A stretch of 64,000 nt of DNA. It comes from Flaccisagitta enflata (lineage: Eukaryota). Under the pieces are notes generated by a model, which saw only the letters and a program-made list of their open reading frames with translations, was not told where the DNA came from and did no database searches. The DNA is taken from positions 35,650,001-35,714,000 of the forward strand of contig OZ231126.1 in assembly GCA_965153355.1 (NCBI GenBank), read 5' to 3'. The translations under genes and the position numbers were made by a program. Shown in pieces: positions 36,484 to 50,527 of the stretch. Position 1 is the first letter of the stretch, and each line of letters opens with the position of its first letter.

Positions 36484-37755
36484 CATTGCAGTGACTGAAG
36501 ACAAAAACTTGGTGAAAAATGATTTATGCTTACAACTTTTTTCCTCACGGTGACACATGCCATTACTGGTATTCATAGGTGCGCCAACGCATTGGAGTTT
36601 CTGTCTGTTGGTCGGTTAGCCGGTCGGTCACGCACGAGTAAAAACTCCTGACGCATCGTCTTGACCATGTAACCAGCTTTGTTATTTCTGTTTGTGGCAT
36701 GCCATTACTTCAAGAGACCGACTTTTGTTATCTTTCTAGCACTGAACTCAGTTGCTTTTAACATTTTTCCTATGTTTTTCAAGGACCTACTTTTCGGTCT
36801 GCGGTGGCACAAAGCTCTATTGTAAGAGGTTGTCACTGTCGGTCGGTCGATTATTCCATCAAGCCTATGCTAGTTTCTGGTCCAGTTGTGCCGGGCGCCT
36901 CTGCTGGCATTTCGACCTCTTAACCGTTCTGCAGTCTGCACATTCGCATTTTTTTAGTCCCGTTTAGATACGGTTTAGATGCGTTTAATTACGTTTAGAT
37001 GCGACTCAGTAACCCGCTATGTCGGTTAGTCGGTTGGTCAGTACGTCCCATGAACCGCCCCAAACTTTGACGCTGACTCTCACCAATCTTACCATGGTTG
37101 AGGCTTGGTAAAAAAACATCCCATGCAAAATTTCAGGCCTCTGGTACAGCAGGAACCTTTGTCAGGGTGACCATGAAGTTTCCATAGAAACCTATGGCAG
37201 AGACAAAATTTGCATAATAGAAATATTGATTCCAATGCTAATTCAATATAAACTTCAACCTAACCCTGACAAAGGTTCCTGCTATCTCAGAGGCCCAAAA
37301 TTTTGCATGGAATGTTTTTTTAACAAGCCTCAACTGTCACACATTGCTTTTTCGGTGTTTTCAGTTTTTGCATCACTGCCCCTGCTCAAAAACTTTGTGG
37401 GCCTTTTTCATCACAGCCCCTGCCCACCCGCACGCGACTTAGGTAGTCGTGTACCCAAACTTGTTCTTTGTCATCCCGATTATCAGGCCCTGTCAGATTT
37501 TTGCGTTCACTTTCAGCCACTTAGAAGACTAAAAATAGATCAGAAGAATTTTTTTTCCAACAAAAACAAAAAAATTGTGAAACGCAAAGAACTTCTTGCG
37601 GGAAAAATGACGTATGAGAGCATGAAGCAAAGCGCAATCCGGACGACACGATGATAACAAGACATGACATGAAAATGACGTGACTCACATAAAATGAAAA
37701 AAAAACACAATGTAAATTAAAAAAGAATTGAAAATGATGATGAAGGCTGACTCGC

Positions 37756-37829
37756 CTGATGCTTCTCTTGTTTCTGCGTGAGTCGCGTATCGTAGCGCCG
37801 ACTGTGCCGGCAGAACCGACTCGTGGCAT
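37756..37829 (-). CDS. Probable first coding exon of the membrane-anchored protein gene (32947-37829)
   Basis: ATG CCA CGA...MPRVGSAGTVGATIRDSRRNKRSI ends at AG|GCGAGT (GC donor, phase 2). The joined CDS is 783 nt (260 aa). Confidence 0.5.
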
Positions 37830-40800
37830 TTTTCCAAGCTTTACAGGCCCAGTTTGATGAATAGCAAGTTATGCATATGATGGTTTTTCTCAACACAACA
37901 GCACGAAAGATTCTCAGAAACTGGCGAGTTAGAAAATGGTTACTTTAAAACATCATTCTTGGGGCCAAAGCGAGAAAATGATAAATGTTCAACGATTTTG
38001 CGCGTCTTGACTGTCCGCAAAACGCGCATTCAGGCCAAACCACTCTTGCGTGCGCGTGCGTGCGCGTGGGTGCGAGCGTCGTGCGTGCGTGAAGGGATGA
38101 CAGAAGAGCCATCAGCTGCGGTGGTTGAATGGAATGATAGAAATAAGAAAAGAGGATATATAGGAAGAGAGAAAATAAAGAGGCGGGGAAGAAGAAAGAA
38201 GAGATAAAAAGAAAGTGGGATTGAAGGAGGAAAAAATCGATGATGGTTTCGTTCTGTCCAATTATTACCCAGAAAGGACAGATGGAAGAATCAAATAGAA
38301 TTTGCTTTAAAAGGAAGTGTGTGGACGGATATTGATATTATGTACATATGTAGATTCTTTCAGCCTGGAAGCCGCTTCAGTTCAGAATTAATCATAGAAA
38401 TATTCACTAAATGTTATTTGATTCATGCTGCGATACGATCCGATAAATTAAAGAAGCGTTTGTTGTTAAATGGAATATATAATGAGGAGCAAACCGTCAG
38501 TAACATCAAACACATCCGCGTGTGGGAAAAGCAGGGAGAAATAATCGATATATATATATTGAGTCTTGGCGAAGATGTACCCGTACTGAACCTGCCACAG
38601 TCATTTTATGCTCCAGCAAAATCATCAGCGTAAAAAATCTTTGCCCGGAATTCGAATTCGATCTATTTCTACTTGAGTTATACTTATAGAATAATTAATT
38701 TCAGCCAGATGTTTTTGGGCAGGAATGCTCAATGCTAAAACATTTGTCAAGGATGGTAATCGATATTCAGCTTTAGCTGACCTAAACGTTTCCACTTACA
38801 ACACTCCCTGGTTAGATCAGAGTGATGATTACAGTGGCTCTCTTTCAATGCTACACTAACCTGTTTCTTTTGACTTGCCGGCGCGACTCTTCTCGGCGTA
38901 AAGTCACGCCTACGTTTCCGGCCGAGTGCGGGATTGGCATATTCGCGCGAATTTAATGGACTCTCAAATGGGAAATCGGGTTCTGCGCGTGTCACCAAGA
39001 CAGCTTCAGATAAGAATACAACACAAACTTCTCTCTCTTTTCATTTCATCGAGAGGTCTTTTCTTTTTCATTTGTTCTTTCAATGGCTTTTAAATTCCAG
39101 TGACATCTGCCAAAGTAATCAAGAGTCGTATGAAGGTACAGTTGAACCCCGCTGTAACGGACCCGCCACGAACTGAATTCCGCCTAGTATAGTAAATGCA
39201 AATTATAGTCCCTTCAGTTTGTTTCTTTTTATTTCTGTATAAGATTTTTAAGTTTTTTGAAATCCGCGAAATGTTAAAGGGCCGCTGGCGACAAGTTTCA
39301 ATTCCGTCATGGTTTTAAGCCCGACAGGGTTTATAACTTTTTCAAAAAATTTTTTTTTAACATAGTTGTTCCAGCCTATATTGATAAATCTTACCCCAAT
39401 CATGCTTTTGGGCAGCGGCCCAATGACCTATGATTCCACACAGGTCAATTTTTACGATCTGATGTTTTTTCCTCGTCCCCCCACACCTCAAATCAGGCCT
39501 CTCAGAGCCAAAATAGTCGCAAAAGCGTTAGATGGTCAGCGGTACCCGTGCCCTGCTTAGGTAAGTCATGATTGTAGTTGAGGGTGGGAGCAGGGCAGCG
39601 GCCCCAAAGGGGTCGATGACCTATGCTTTCACACAGGGGAATATTCTCCTCCTTCTACTCCTCCTCCGTCCTCCCTCCCCCAACCTCCAGGCCCAAATTT
39701 CAGCCTCGAGGCCCATATTCCAGCCTGGAGGCCTAAATCGCAGTCTTGAGGCCCAAATCCCTTGAGGCTGGAATTTTGACCTTGAAGATGGAATTTTGGC
39801 CTAAAGATGGGATTTGGGCCTTGAGGTTGAGATTTGGGCCTTAAGACTGGGATTTGGGTCTCAAGGCTGGGATATGAGCCTCGAGGCTGAGATATGGGCC
39901 TGGAGGTTGGGGGTGGGCGACGAAGAAGGAGGAGAAGAAGGAGAAAATTGCCCTGTGTGAAAGCATAGGTCATCAACCCTTTCGGGGCCGCTGCCCAAGT
40001 AGACCTCTCAGACCCAAAATCTGGCCTCTCAGACCCCAAATTAGCCTTCTTAGAGCCCAAACTAGGCATCTTAGGCGGTCAGGCTTCAAATCAAGCCTCT
40101 CCAATCCCAAATCAGGCTATTAGGAACCCAGATTAGGCCTCTCAGACCAAAAATCGAGACTCTTGGACCCCAAATCAGGCCTCTCAGATCAGAAATCTGG
40201 TCTTTCAGACCCCAAATAAGGCCTCCCAGACCCAAAATCAGGCCTTTAGGACTCCAAATCAAGCCCAAATCATTTCTCTCCCACCTTAAATCAGTATGTC
40301 TGGACCCCACAAGCCTGTGTGGAAACATAGGTAATTGGCCTCTCTGGGGCCGCTACCTTATTACCTCAGCAACACATCAATTATGGAGGTCAATGGGGGC
40401 CTATTTCTCCTGTTTTTAGTTGCGGACACGCAACTCTATAAGAGGCTTTGTCCGTCCGTTGGTCCATCCGTCTGTTGGTCCGTCCATCCAAGGAGATCGA
40501 TAGATATTGACCTCAGATCCTAAATCTGAGTCCTTGTGAATTTCCTTATTTTCCATTTACATGGGGCCGGTCTGAGGGTAGTAAAGGCATGGGTTCTAGC
40601 TTGAATTTGGTCCTGAAAGATACCTTGGCGTATGCACATAACTCTGTTAATCTCATTGACCAAAATTTTGAACTTCTTAGGGGCCCCTAGGGGCCCCCAA
40701 AAAAGCCCTTAATGAGGATATTTTTTTGAAAAAAAAGTGGGGTGCAATTGATAGGAAATTGCTTGATTCGCCTAGATCCAAAATCTTGTAATTTCACTTT

Positions 40801-41587
40801 AAAAAAAAAAACTTAGAAAATTTTTTTGTCGGCTATATTTTAAAAGAAAGTTTTAAGATTCTCCTGGAATTTTTTCAGCTTGATATGGTTCAAACAAATG
40901 CTCATAACTTTTAAAGTATTTGAGTCTTAGTCTAAGATCGAGTCGATCAGCGGAAATACTTTTTGTGTATGTTTGTATTTGGGGTTGGGGTGGGATGGGG
41001 GCTGGATGCCCCTGCCCACCCGTCTGCAACGATATTGTGACCCCTCTTCACTTGTTCTTTTTCTTATCTTTTTCTTTTTAAGTTGCAGACACGCAACTCT
41101 ATAAGAGGCTTTGTCCGTCCATTGGTCCATCCGTTCAAGGACATCAAGACGAAAAGTGGAATTTCAATTTCAACTTCTTTTATTCCAAATGATGGAGATT
41201 ATATGATACAAGTGGAAAAACAAGTGTTTTAGGTACTTTTTGTGTGTTTGTGTGTGGCTTTAGGGATGGGGTATGAATAGGGGTTGGACGCTCCTGCCCA
41301 CCCGTCCGCAACGATATTGTGACCCCGCGTCACTTATTTTTCTTCATTTTCTACATGGGCAGATCCCTACAGGGACCTCGGCCGACGTCCATCCCCATAT
41401 ACGCAAGCCCCCGCTGATAAGAATAAGTCATAAGACCATCACAATTTGTATTTGCTCATTATCTTCGGTAACTTCCTGGAGTGAGGTGCAAACAAATGTT
41501 GTGTAGTTAAACGCTTCGACTTGAAATTGAATTACGATAATGACCTTTTTGACCGCTTTGAAATTTGACATTTTGTCCCATTTGATC

Positions 41588-41770
<183 letters not shown>

Positions 41771-42111
41771 CCAAGATCGAATTCACGTTGCTCTGTACAG
41801 TGTGCATTTGGACTAGTGATATGGAAAGAATTTCAATTTATTTCTCCAATAATGAGTAAAAGGCACTGTAGCTGTACTTCATTTTTTGTTCTGATTTGTT
41901 TTGTTTCGATTTTCCATTTCTTTTTTGTTTTCGTATTGCTTTATGTTTTCTTCTTGTTTTTTTTTTTTAATGTTCTGAACTTATTCGCGGTTGTAAATCT
42001 TTCATCGCGCTGACCGTTTCGTGACACAAGTCTAAATAAGAAACAAACAACGTTGTCGTGTTCAGTTAAACACTCTTTTATTTCCAATTACATAATGAAA
42101 GCAAGGAAACT

Positions 42112-42172
<61 letters not shown>

Positions 42173-43015
42173 AGAGAGAGAGAGAGAGAGAGAGAGAGAT
42201 AAACGCGAATAAAGCACGCACTGAACGCTTACGAACGCAGCGTCGTCCTCTCAGCATCTGCCTCACGCTTGCTTCAGTCGCTTTTAACAAAAAGTATATT
42301 TATTTTAAGTAGGAACGGAGGCTAAAACTTTTCTCCAAGCTTGCATGCGACCTCATTTCTCCTAGCATTTTAGTCGTAGTAAACATTCTAAGAGGGAAAA
42401 AACATTTAAGGTCGCGAACACGCGACTCCATAATAAGCTAGATGTGCCCCAGCTATGGTTAACCTTTTTGCGCCCCTGCCCACCCGCAGGCGTCTTGGGT
42501 AGCTGCGTATACAGCCTCTTTAAATGCGTCATCGCATCTCCACAAGAGGGTCTGTCCGTCGGTTGGTCGGTCAGTCTGTCAGTCTGCCCGTATGTATGTC
42601 CGTCAAAAATTTTCCATTATCATGATGATCGCGGCGAATGACGCATCTTGTTACCCAATCGGGCTTTTTAGGTGCGACAAAGCACCTCTATAACTGGCTG
42701 TGTCCGTTGGTCTGTCGGTTGGTCCGTCGGTCGGTAATGCATTCGTTCGACGATCCACACGTCGCACCTATTGGCCTACTTGGCCTTGTTTTCCTTAGGT
42801 TTGGCCTCGCATCGTCTCCTGTCACAACACGAAACGATCGATTCAAACATGGATGTGATGAACAATTCGAGACGAAAACAATTTTGATCCAAAGAACCTC
42901 TGGCGTCTTTGGCTGGAGGAAAGGGGGGTTAGGCTGATTTTCAACTGATAAGGTTTTTTGGTTTGCTTTACTGTCAGCTACCTGGTGGCTTGATGGCAGT
43001 TATGTATATATGGTT

Positions 43016-43031
43016 TGATGATGATGCTGAA

Positions 43032-43108
<77 letters not shown>

Positions 43109-43278
43109 GGATGATGATGATGATGATGATGATGACGATGAAATAAAATGGAAGAAAGGCTTAAAGACCAATTTTGATGATGATGATGATGATGATAATG
43201 ATGATGATGATAATGATGATGAGGATGATGATGATGAGGATGATGATGATGAGAATGATGATGATGAGGATGATGATG

Positions 43279-43313
<35 letters not shown>
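43016..43313. repeat. (GAT)n microsatellite, interrupted
   Basis: Direct reading. Confidence 0.9.
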
Positions 43314-43314
<1 letters not shown>

Positions 43315-44636
43315 CAGTTAGAGGCACTGAATTGATAATGGTTCTGTCAATCAGAATAGGATGGTAATTTCATTATCACATTGACACAAGTTTCTCGGCC
43401 TTTTAAATGGGTATTCACAGTATATCGATTTTATTTAAAGCAGAATTGCAACTTCGGAGATCAGGGAGGGGAAAGTTTGCTTTAGACGAGCCAAACCCAA
43501 TTTTCTCTGTCCTTTTTTTCAAAGACAAAGAATCAGTGGAAAGCCTTTTTTTGACAAAACAAGGCCGGATACATGGCTACCCAAGTCGCGCGCGGGTGGG
43601 CAGGGGTAGTAATAAAAAGGTTAACCTAAGCATTCTGGCAGGAGCAGTAATGAAAAAACCGCCTGTAAATGCAATCAACCTACCGACCAACCGAGACACA
43701 GACACAACAGTTTTTTAAAGTCGCGCGCACGCGACTAAAGTTCTCCTTTTGCCGCTCATTGGAATGGGATCTGGAAACGTGATATCATTAGGGTACGTCC
43801 CAAAGCAAAAGCTGGGTAAATAAATGAATGAATAAATGATTGAACGAATGAATGGACGAATTAGTGAACAAATGAATGAAAAAATGTCGTAGTGATAGAA
43901 AGAGCAAATGAAAAAATGAATGAATGAATGAATGGATGAAAGAATGAATGAATGAATGAATGAATGAATGAATGAATGAATGAATGAATGAATGAATGAA
44001 TGAATGAATGAACAAAGAAATTTCTTTGTCCACCCTATCGCAAGGGTCGGTTTACAAAATTTTTGCCCTGGCTAGCAAAGAAATTAAGCTGCAATTACAA
44101 CACGGTCATCGGACCAACGTTGCGTGCGTCGGCTTTTTCAGAAGATAAACAAACAAAGAAACAGCCAGACAGACAGATGACAATTTTTAAGATGACCTAT
44201 GAATTAGCGGTTTACGCTTCCAAGTTTCATCTCTGATGTTCAAAAATATAAGAAAAGCAAAAACAAAATCTTTAAACGACTTTGAAACGGACCGACGGAC
44301 CAATGGATGAACCAAAAAGTGGCTCATACAGTCGCGTAACAGGCGACTAAAAATTGGAATCTGGATAGTTTGGTTGTGAAATAAATCATGGTCATCCGAC
44401 TCATTCGTGTGAAATCGATCGGATTCAACGCGAGAAAAAAATACTTCTGATGTCTTGCCAAAACCCGTGAAGAGAAAAAGAAGCACATTTAGAAAATTAA
44501 ATAGAAATCGTGTTTTTTCTTGTGTTTTTTTTTCTCTCATGTGAAAAAAGAGCCAAGAAAACAGATTCTGGAAGAGGATCGGGCAAAATTTTCCTTCGGG
44601 AAAATCAACGCACGCGCAAGATTTACGTGTGCAATC

Positions 44637-44849
<213 letters not shown>

Positions 44850-45148
44850 GCAGAAATACGGGGGATAAAGAAGGAATAACAAGCAATGCGGGGTTACATG
44901 TAATTACAGCGCGGCGGACGGCATTTTCGCAAGTTTCAACTTGAGTGTGACTGACAGACCGACGGACGGGCGGACCCGAGGGACGGACGGACAGTCAAAG
45001 CCTCTGCTAGAGTCGCGACAAAAATGAAATAGAGAAGTAGAGAAGTTAGGAGGTGATAAAGAACGCAAAGAAAAAAGACAGAAAAGAAAAAAATAAAGAA
45101 AAGAAAGAAAAAAAAAAAGAAATTTAAAGAAAGAAAGAGAGAGAGGAT

Positions 45149-45338
<190 letters not shown>

Positions 45339-45629
45339 AACACACACATGTACACACACATGTACACACACACTCTTATCATTACGGAGACACAGGGGGT
45401 AAAGAAGGGAAAAAAAAGAAAAAGAGAAGATGATTGAAAACGCAAAAAAAAGAAGATAAGAATAAAATGAAAGAAAGAGAGATAGAAAGAAAGAAAAAAA
45501 GAAAAAAGAGGAAAGGCAGAAAGAAAGAGACTAGGAAAGAAAGAGAGTAGGCAGTTTGAGAGCAGAGAGAGAGAGACCCCTAGCCATATGAATGGACCTA
45601 GGGGATGTTTCTTGTCTGACCCATCCCCC

Positions 45630-45670
<41 letters not shown>

Positions 45671-46157
45671 ACCGATCCGTTGTGTTCGGATCGTGAGCGC
45701 AGTATATCTCAATTCACAAATCCCTTGCTCCAAGAGTCACTACAAAGCACAAAACAAGAATCGATGAACGCAGAAGCGATGAGTGGTCGGCTAAACCCGT
45801 TGTACTTAACTGTAATCGTAGTACTAATTTTACTGTAATATGCGATTGTGATACAGTCGGCTAAATGACGAGTGCGGAGACTGTATGACGCTTGTCAGGC
45901 TTAGAATATTGGAATGTTAGCTGAGATTTGGATTTTTAGACTGGGATTTATATCAATACGACTAATTTTGGAATCTCCAAGTTTGTCTCCCCCGCGAGAA
46001 ACGTTACAGACGCAGAAAAAAGAGCAAGAGACGAAATGGAAACGATTTTTTACGCAAAAGCAGCTGTTGGGCCGGACCCTCCCGACCATGTCTATCCGCT
46101 GATCTTCTACTTATAATCTATATCAATTTGCCTTATGCAGGCGTGCGCGTGCGTCTT

Positions 46158-46254
<97 letters not shown>

Positions 46255-47680
46255 CTAGATAATGGTCATGTGTGTGTTTCGCGTCTGTTATGCATTCTGA
46301 TATAAGTTTAAGATAACCTATGCGGCTATGCCACTAAATCATGTTGCTGTGATAGCTAACTGACTTGGTTTCCCCTTGAAAGTAAATAAATGTGAGTTCG
46401 TTGTTTATCATAATCTTTATGGTCTACTGACTAGTGTTGGAACTCAAGATCAAGTGAATTCAGTGTGAATCTTAATGGTTAAATACATCATTACAAGAAA
46501 ATTTGGCTGCAAAGCTTTGAGTGTGAGTCATCATGGTTAAGTACATCAATACAAACAAATAAAACACATATAAGAAAAAAAATGAGAGAAAGAAGCAATA
46601 TGCGCGTTACTATAGTTATAATAGGCACTTGTGTGAAATGTAATTTTAGATGCGTCCCCGCATCTCTATAAGATAGTGTGTCCCTTGGTGGGAGGGGGCG
46701 TGGAGGGTGTGGAGGGGGCGCGGGGGTGGAGGGGTGGGAAACGGGGGAAGGGGCAAAGGAAGGAGGATGGGGGGAATATTGATATTTTTATATTTTGATA
46801 TTTTGATATCATTGTATCTTAATATCTTAAAATCTTTATAACTAAATATCCTACATCCAAAGAGGACGCATCTATTGGACATCTCTTTGCCTTGTTTCTT
46901 GAGTTTGTTCCCATTTCTGAACGGTTGTTTCATGTTATTGAGTTCTGTTGTTGGTTATTCTAAACGTTTGGATACGTTAATAGATTAACATGTTCCGTGG
47001 TTGTGGCTGTTGTTGTTTTTATCATAGCATTGTTGTTCTCGTTGTCGCAATTGTCGTGGATGTTGTTGTAATTGTTGTTTTTGATGTCACTGTTGTTGTT
47101 GTTGTAGTCATTGTTGTCGCTGTCATTGGTATTTGGCGAATGTTGTGACGTTGTTGTTGTTTTTGTTGTTTTTTGTTGTTGTTGTTGTTGTGGTGGTGGT
47201 GGTGGTGGTGGTGGTGGTGGTGGTGGTGGTGGTGGTGGTGGTGGTGGTGGTGGTGGTGGTGGTGGTGGTGGTGGTTGTTGTTCTAATAGCCAATAAATTC
47301 TTTATTGACATCTTGTCAATGTTGTTGATTTAGTTGTAAAGTGAGTCATTTTCCTACTTGTGGTAGTATTGAGCCCAAATTGATGAGTCATCTTTTCAGT
47401 CACAGACTAGCAACTGTATAAGAAGCTTTGTTGGTCCGTCTATCGGTTTGTGCGTTGATTTGTCAGTCACGCGTGAGCAGGAAAGTGTGAGATTCATTGG
47501 GTTTTTTAGTTACCGCGTGTGTGTCTGTGTTTGGAGAGGGGAGTGGTGGGGGGTTATGCACCCCTGCCCACTCATCCGCGACGGTATTGTAACCCCGCTT
47601 GTTTTTCCAGTAGCAACAAAGCGAAGTGAGAAAAGTATTTGTTTCAGATAAAGAAATATTTGGTAATGAGACCCAATTAA

Positions 47681-48000
47681 TCAGAATACTAATTTGTTTG
47701 CTGTTATACTTTTCCCAACTTTAGCCTGTCCCCCAATTTGGATTTGGTACCCATTCGTCATTCTAGCCGTCGGTGTTCTTTGGACGATTTGAACGAGCTC
47801 AGGATTGGCATCTTTGGTTGTGGCAAAAGCAGCGGCAAACTGTTCGTCAACTCGAGCATTTTCTCCGATTTGTACTCGAATTCCGTTATCGATACCTCCA
47901 ACGGGTGACGCATCGCCGAGACTTGGGCAGCTGACTGTTTGGTTGGACGCATCGCTGGAATCTTGTCTTTCCGGGGGAATATCATCTTCCGTCCCTCCAG
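47681..48000 (-). CDS. Permuted-papain-fold protein, exon 2: C-terminal two-repeat RHIM-like domain (not in the ORF track)
   Basis: Strong acceptor TTTCCTCTGCAG|, phase 1. Translates (A)GGTEDDIPPERQ...GIRVQIGENARVDEQFAAAFATTKDANPELVQIVQRTPTARMTNGYQIQIGGQAKVGKSITANKLVF*. Homologous to the neighbouring exon at 49842-50194. Confidence 0.75.
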
Positions 48001-48127
48001 CTGCAGAGGAAACAATAGCAAAAATAGTATCATGGAGATGGACAAAATATGATCGACGGACGGCTGGAGGGACTGGCGTATCAGCAGATCAACATAACAA
48101 TTGGCAAATATATCCATGCTAGACATG

Positions 48128-48616
48128 AACAGGTCGCCCAAGGGCAATATGTGATCAGTGATGCCCGTTGCCCTGCTTTGCATGATTGTGAATTGGAATG
48201 ACAGGAAGAAGTCCTGTAGAAAACAGGGGGACTTTTGTTCGTTTGTTTAATTGTCCCTCTGTCCGTTTGTCCATCCATCCATCCGTTCATCTGTCTGTCT
48301 GTCCATCCATCCGACCCCCCCAGCCCTCTCAGACCTAAAATCTACCCTCTCAGGCCTGAAATTTCTTCTCTCAGGCCTGAAATTTATCCTCTCAGGCCTG
48401 AAATCTGCCCTCTCAGGCCTTGAATTTTGGAGGACAGAGTTCAGGCAAGAGGGCGGATTTTTGGCCTAAGAGGGCAGGATCAAGGCCTGTGAGGGTAGAT
48501 TTCAGGCCTGAGAGGGCCTGGGGGGACAAACGAATGAATGAGCAAACGAATAAAGGAACAAAAGTCCCCCTGTGTTCTACAGGACTTTGTCTCCTTCGGG
48601 GCCGCTGCCCAAAAAA
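48128..48616 (-). mobile_element. Intronic HINE-like element (GGGCAGCGGCCCC family) with 21-bp repeats
   Basis: TTTTTTGGGCAGCGGCCCC start and GGGCGACCTGTT end on the minus strand; (CCTCTCAGGCCTGAAAT...)n inside. Confidence 0.65.
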
Positions 48617-48628
48617 CGGTCATTATAC

Positions 48629-49286
48629 CAGCCTCCTCCACGGTTCCTCGTTGACCAATGGGCACATAAGGTCTCTGCCCATTGAATTGACTCGGATATG
48701 GATAAGGTTGTTCGGAGAGCTGCGCCCAAATAACGCCGGCGAAATGTTGGCAGTTAGAGTCGGAAACGTGATAAGGTTCTTGCAGTAATTCCTGAGCGTC
48801 GATCCATTCGATGACATCGATGATGTCAAAGTTCTTTGGATGATCGTCAGCTTCGATTAATTTTATCGACAACGTGTTCTGGACGCGATCTTGACCTTCC
48901 GCTTGGAAACGGACGATCGGCGAAGGAATCGTGGTAGAAGTGAGTGGCTTTGGAGACTTTTGAATTACGATGGCTTCGATTGTTTTCTCTATAGACACAA
49001 AGTCCCCCGAGGCGAGGGAGAGATCGAGAAAATGATGCTTCAAAGACCCTTTGAAGATGCTGTAGAGCCAAGGGCAACAAGTTCTGATGACGTCGTCTGT
49101 TTGGAGTGGCGTGGCGTAGCTGCGAATGGAGGTGATCTTCATGAAAGCGGGATTTGGGTTGACGAAGTGATTGAGAACGTCTCTCAAATTGCGGCACTCG
49201 GAACTTAATTCCACATTCCCTTCCGCGTCGTACGCGAAGAACTTCAGGCGACTTCCCCAGTTGGATCCAGTTAAAGCTTCAGACAT
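48629..49286 (-). CDS. Permuted papain-fold (PPPDE/LRAT-PLAAT-like NlpC/P60) protein, exon 1
   Basis: MSEALTG... with His in LKHHFLDL and downstream YHVSDSNCQHFA (NCxHF catalytic Cys motif). Donor G|GTATAA, phase 1. Spliced product 325 aa. Confidence 0.8.
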
Positions 49287-49649
49287 ATCAGATTTGGTGG
49301 CGCACAATCTTAGGGAATGTAAAGTTGTCAAGGAGCAATAGCATGATAAAACCCAAGGGTCTTTGGGGCAGAACTTAAGTGGTTGGATCACATAATGATT
49401 TTAAAGTATATGATGGAATCCTTAGTTGGTCTTTGGTATTAAATTTTTCAGAGGGTTTATTTCTAGAAACTGGCAACCCAGGTTACTTTACCCTACTTTT
49501 TGTCCATGATCTAACGGCAATTCTGTTAGCATTAAACGAAGAGAACAACGATTCATAATTATCAGTTTAGTAAGTCTAACTACCACCAACACAACCATGA
49601 CAGAAAGGAAAACAACTATCCCGAAGAAAACAACAACAATAACGACATC

Positions 49650-49733
<84 letters not shown>

Positions 49734-49841
49734 AGCATTAGCAAAAGACCAACGACGATGTATACGTTGCAATTAGTAAGTGGCGCTGTGTAACATTGAA
49801 TGAATAAAGACATGAGGCTTGGATTCACTGAAAGATCATTG

Positions 49842-50194
49842 TCAAATGACGTAAGTATCGGCGACGATGTTTTCTACGATTTTAGCCTTGTTGCCGACTT
49901 TGACGTCCAATTTTCCGCCGGCAGTTGGCGTCTCTTTCAACCTTTGTATCATATCAGCTTTTGACGGATCCACGTCTTTGGAAACGGCAAATTTGACATT
50001 GATATTCTTCTTGACCTCGGCTTGGCCCGCGACGCGCACGCTGATGTCGCCGGCGCCTTGTCCTTGTTGAGCTTGGGCGCCACTTCGTGGTCCGGCGCCT
50101 TGTCCTTGTTGAGCTTGAGCGCCATCACGCGGCCCGGCGCCTTGTCCTTGTCGGGCTTGACATACAACGCCGCTGTCGCCGGACCCTGGACGTG
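49842..50194 (-). CDS. Small Gln/Gly-rich protein with the same two-repeat C-terminal domain, last exon
   Basis: ATTCAG| acceptor, phase 1. Three (Q/R)QGQGAG repeats, then DISVRVAGQAEVKKNINVKFAVSKDVDP...QRLKETPTAGGKLDVKVGNKAKIVENIVADTYVI*. Confidence 0.75.
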
Positions 50195-50306
50195 CTGAAT
50201 TACCATGGGGAGCGAAAATATGAATATCATTTTAATGTTAAAAATTTCGTTTCGAGAAGTCAATGATAAAATAATTTCCATGAAAATGAAATGCCGCGGA
50301 AGTGCG

Positions 50307-50357
<51 letters not shown>

Positions 50358-50411
50358 AAGAAAAAGAAGAAGAAATAGAAAAAGAAGAAGAAGGAGAAGA
50401 AGAAGAAGAAG

Positions 50412-50452
<41 letters not shown>

Positions 50453-50511
50453 CTGAAGCAACAGCAACAACAACAATAACAACAACAACAACAGTGGACA
50501 GGAAGTATTAC

Positions 50512-50527
50512 CTCCGCCTCCTTCCAT
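50512..50527 (-). CDS. Micro-exon (MEGGG) of the small Gln/Gly-rich protein
   Basis: ATG GAA GGA GGC GGA G|GTAATA, phase 1, joins in frame to 50194 (122 aa). An upstream ACAG acceptor means the gene could extend further 5'. Confidence 0.55.

Noticed and set aside
48480-48628. C-terminal ~50 aa of the listed 303-aa ORF and the 47758-48183 ORF
   Set aside because: Read-through into an intronic repeat and the wrong frame. The spliced phase-1 frame gives a product homologous to the neighbouring gene.
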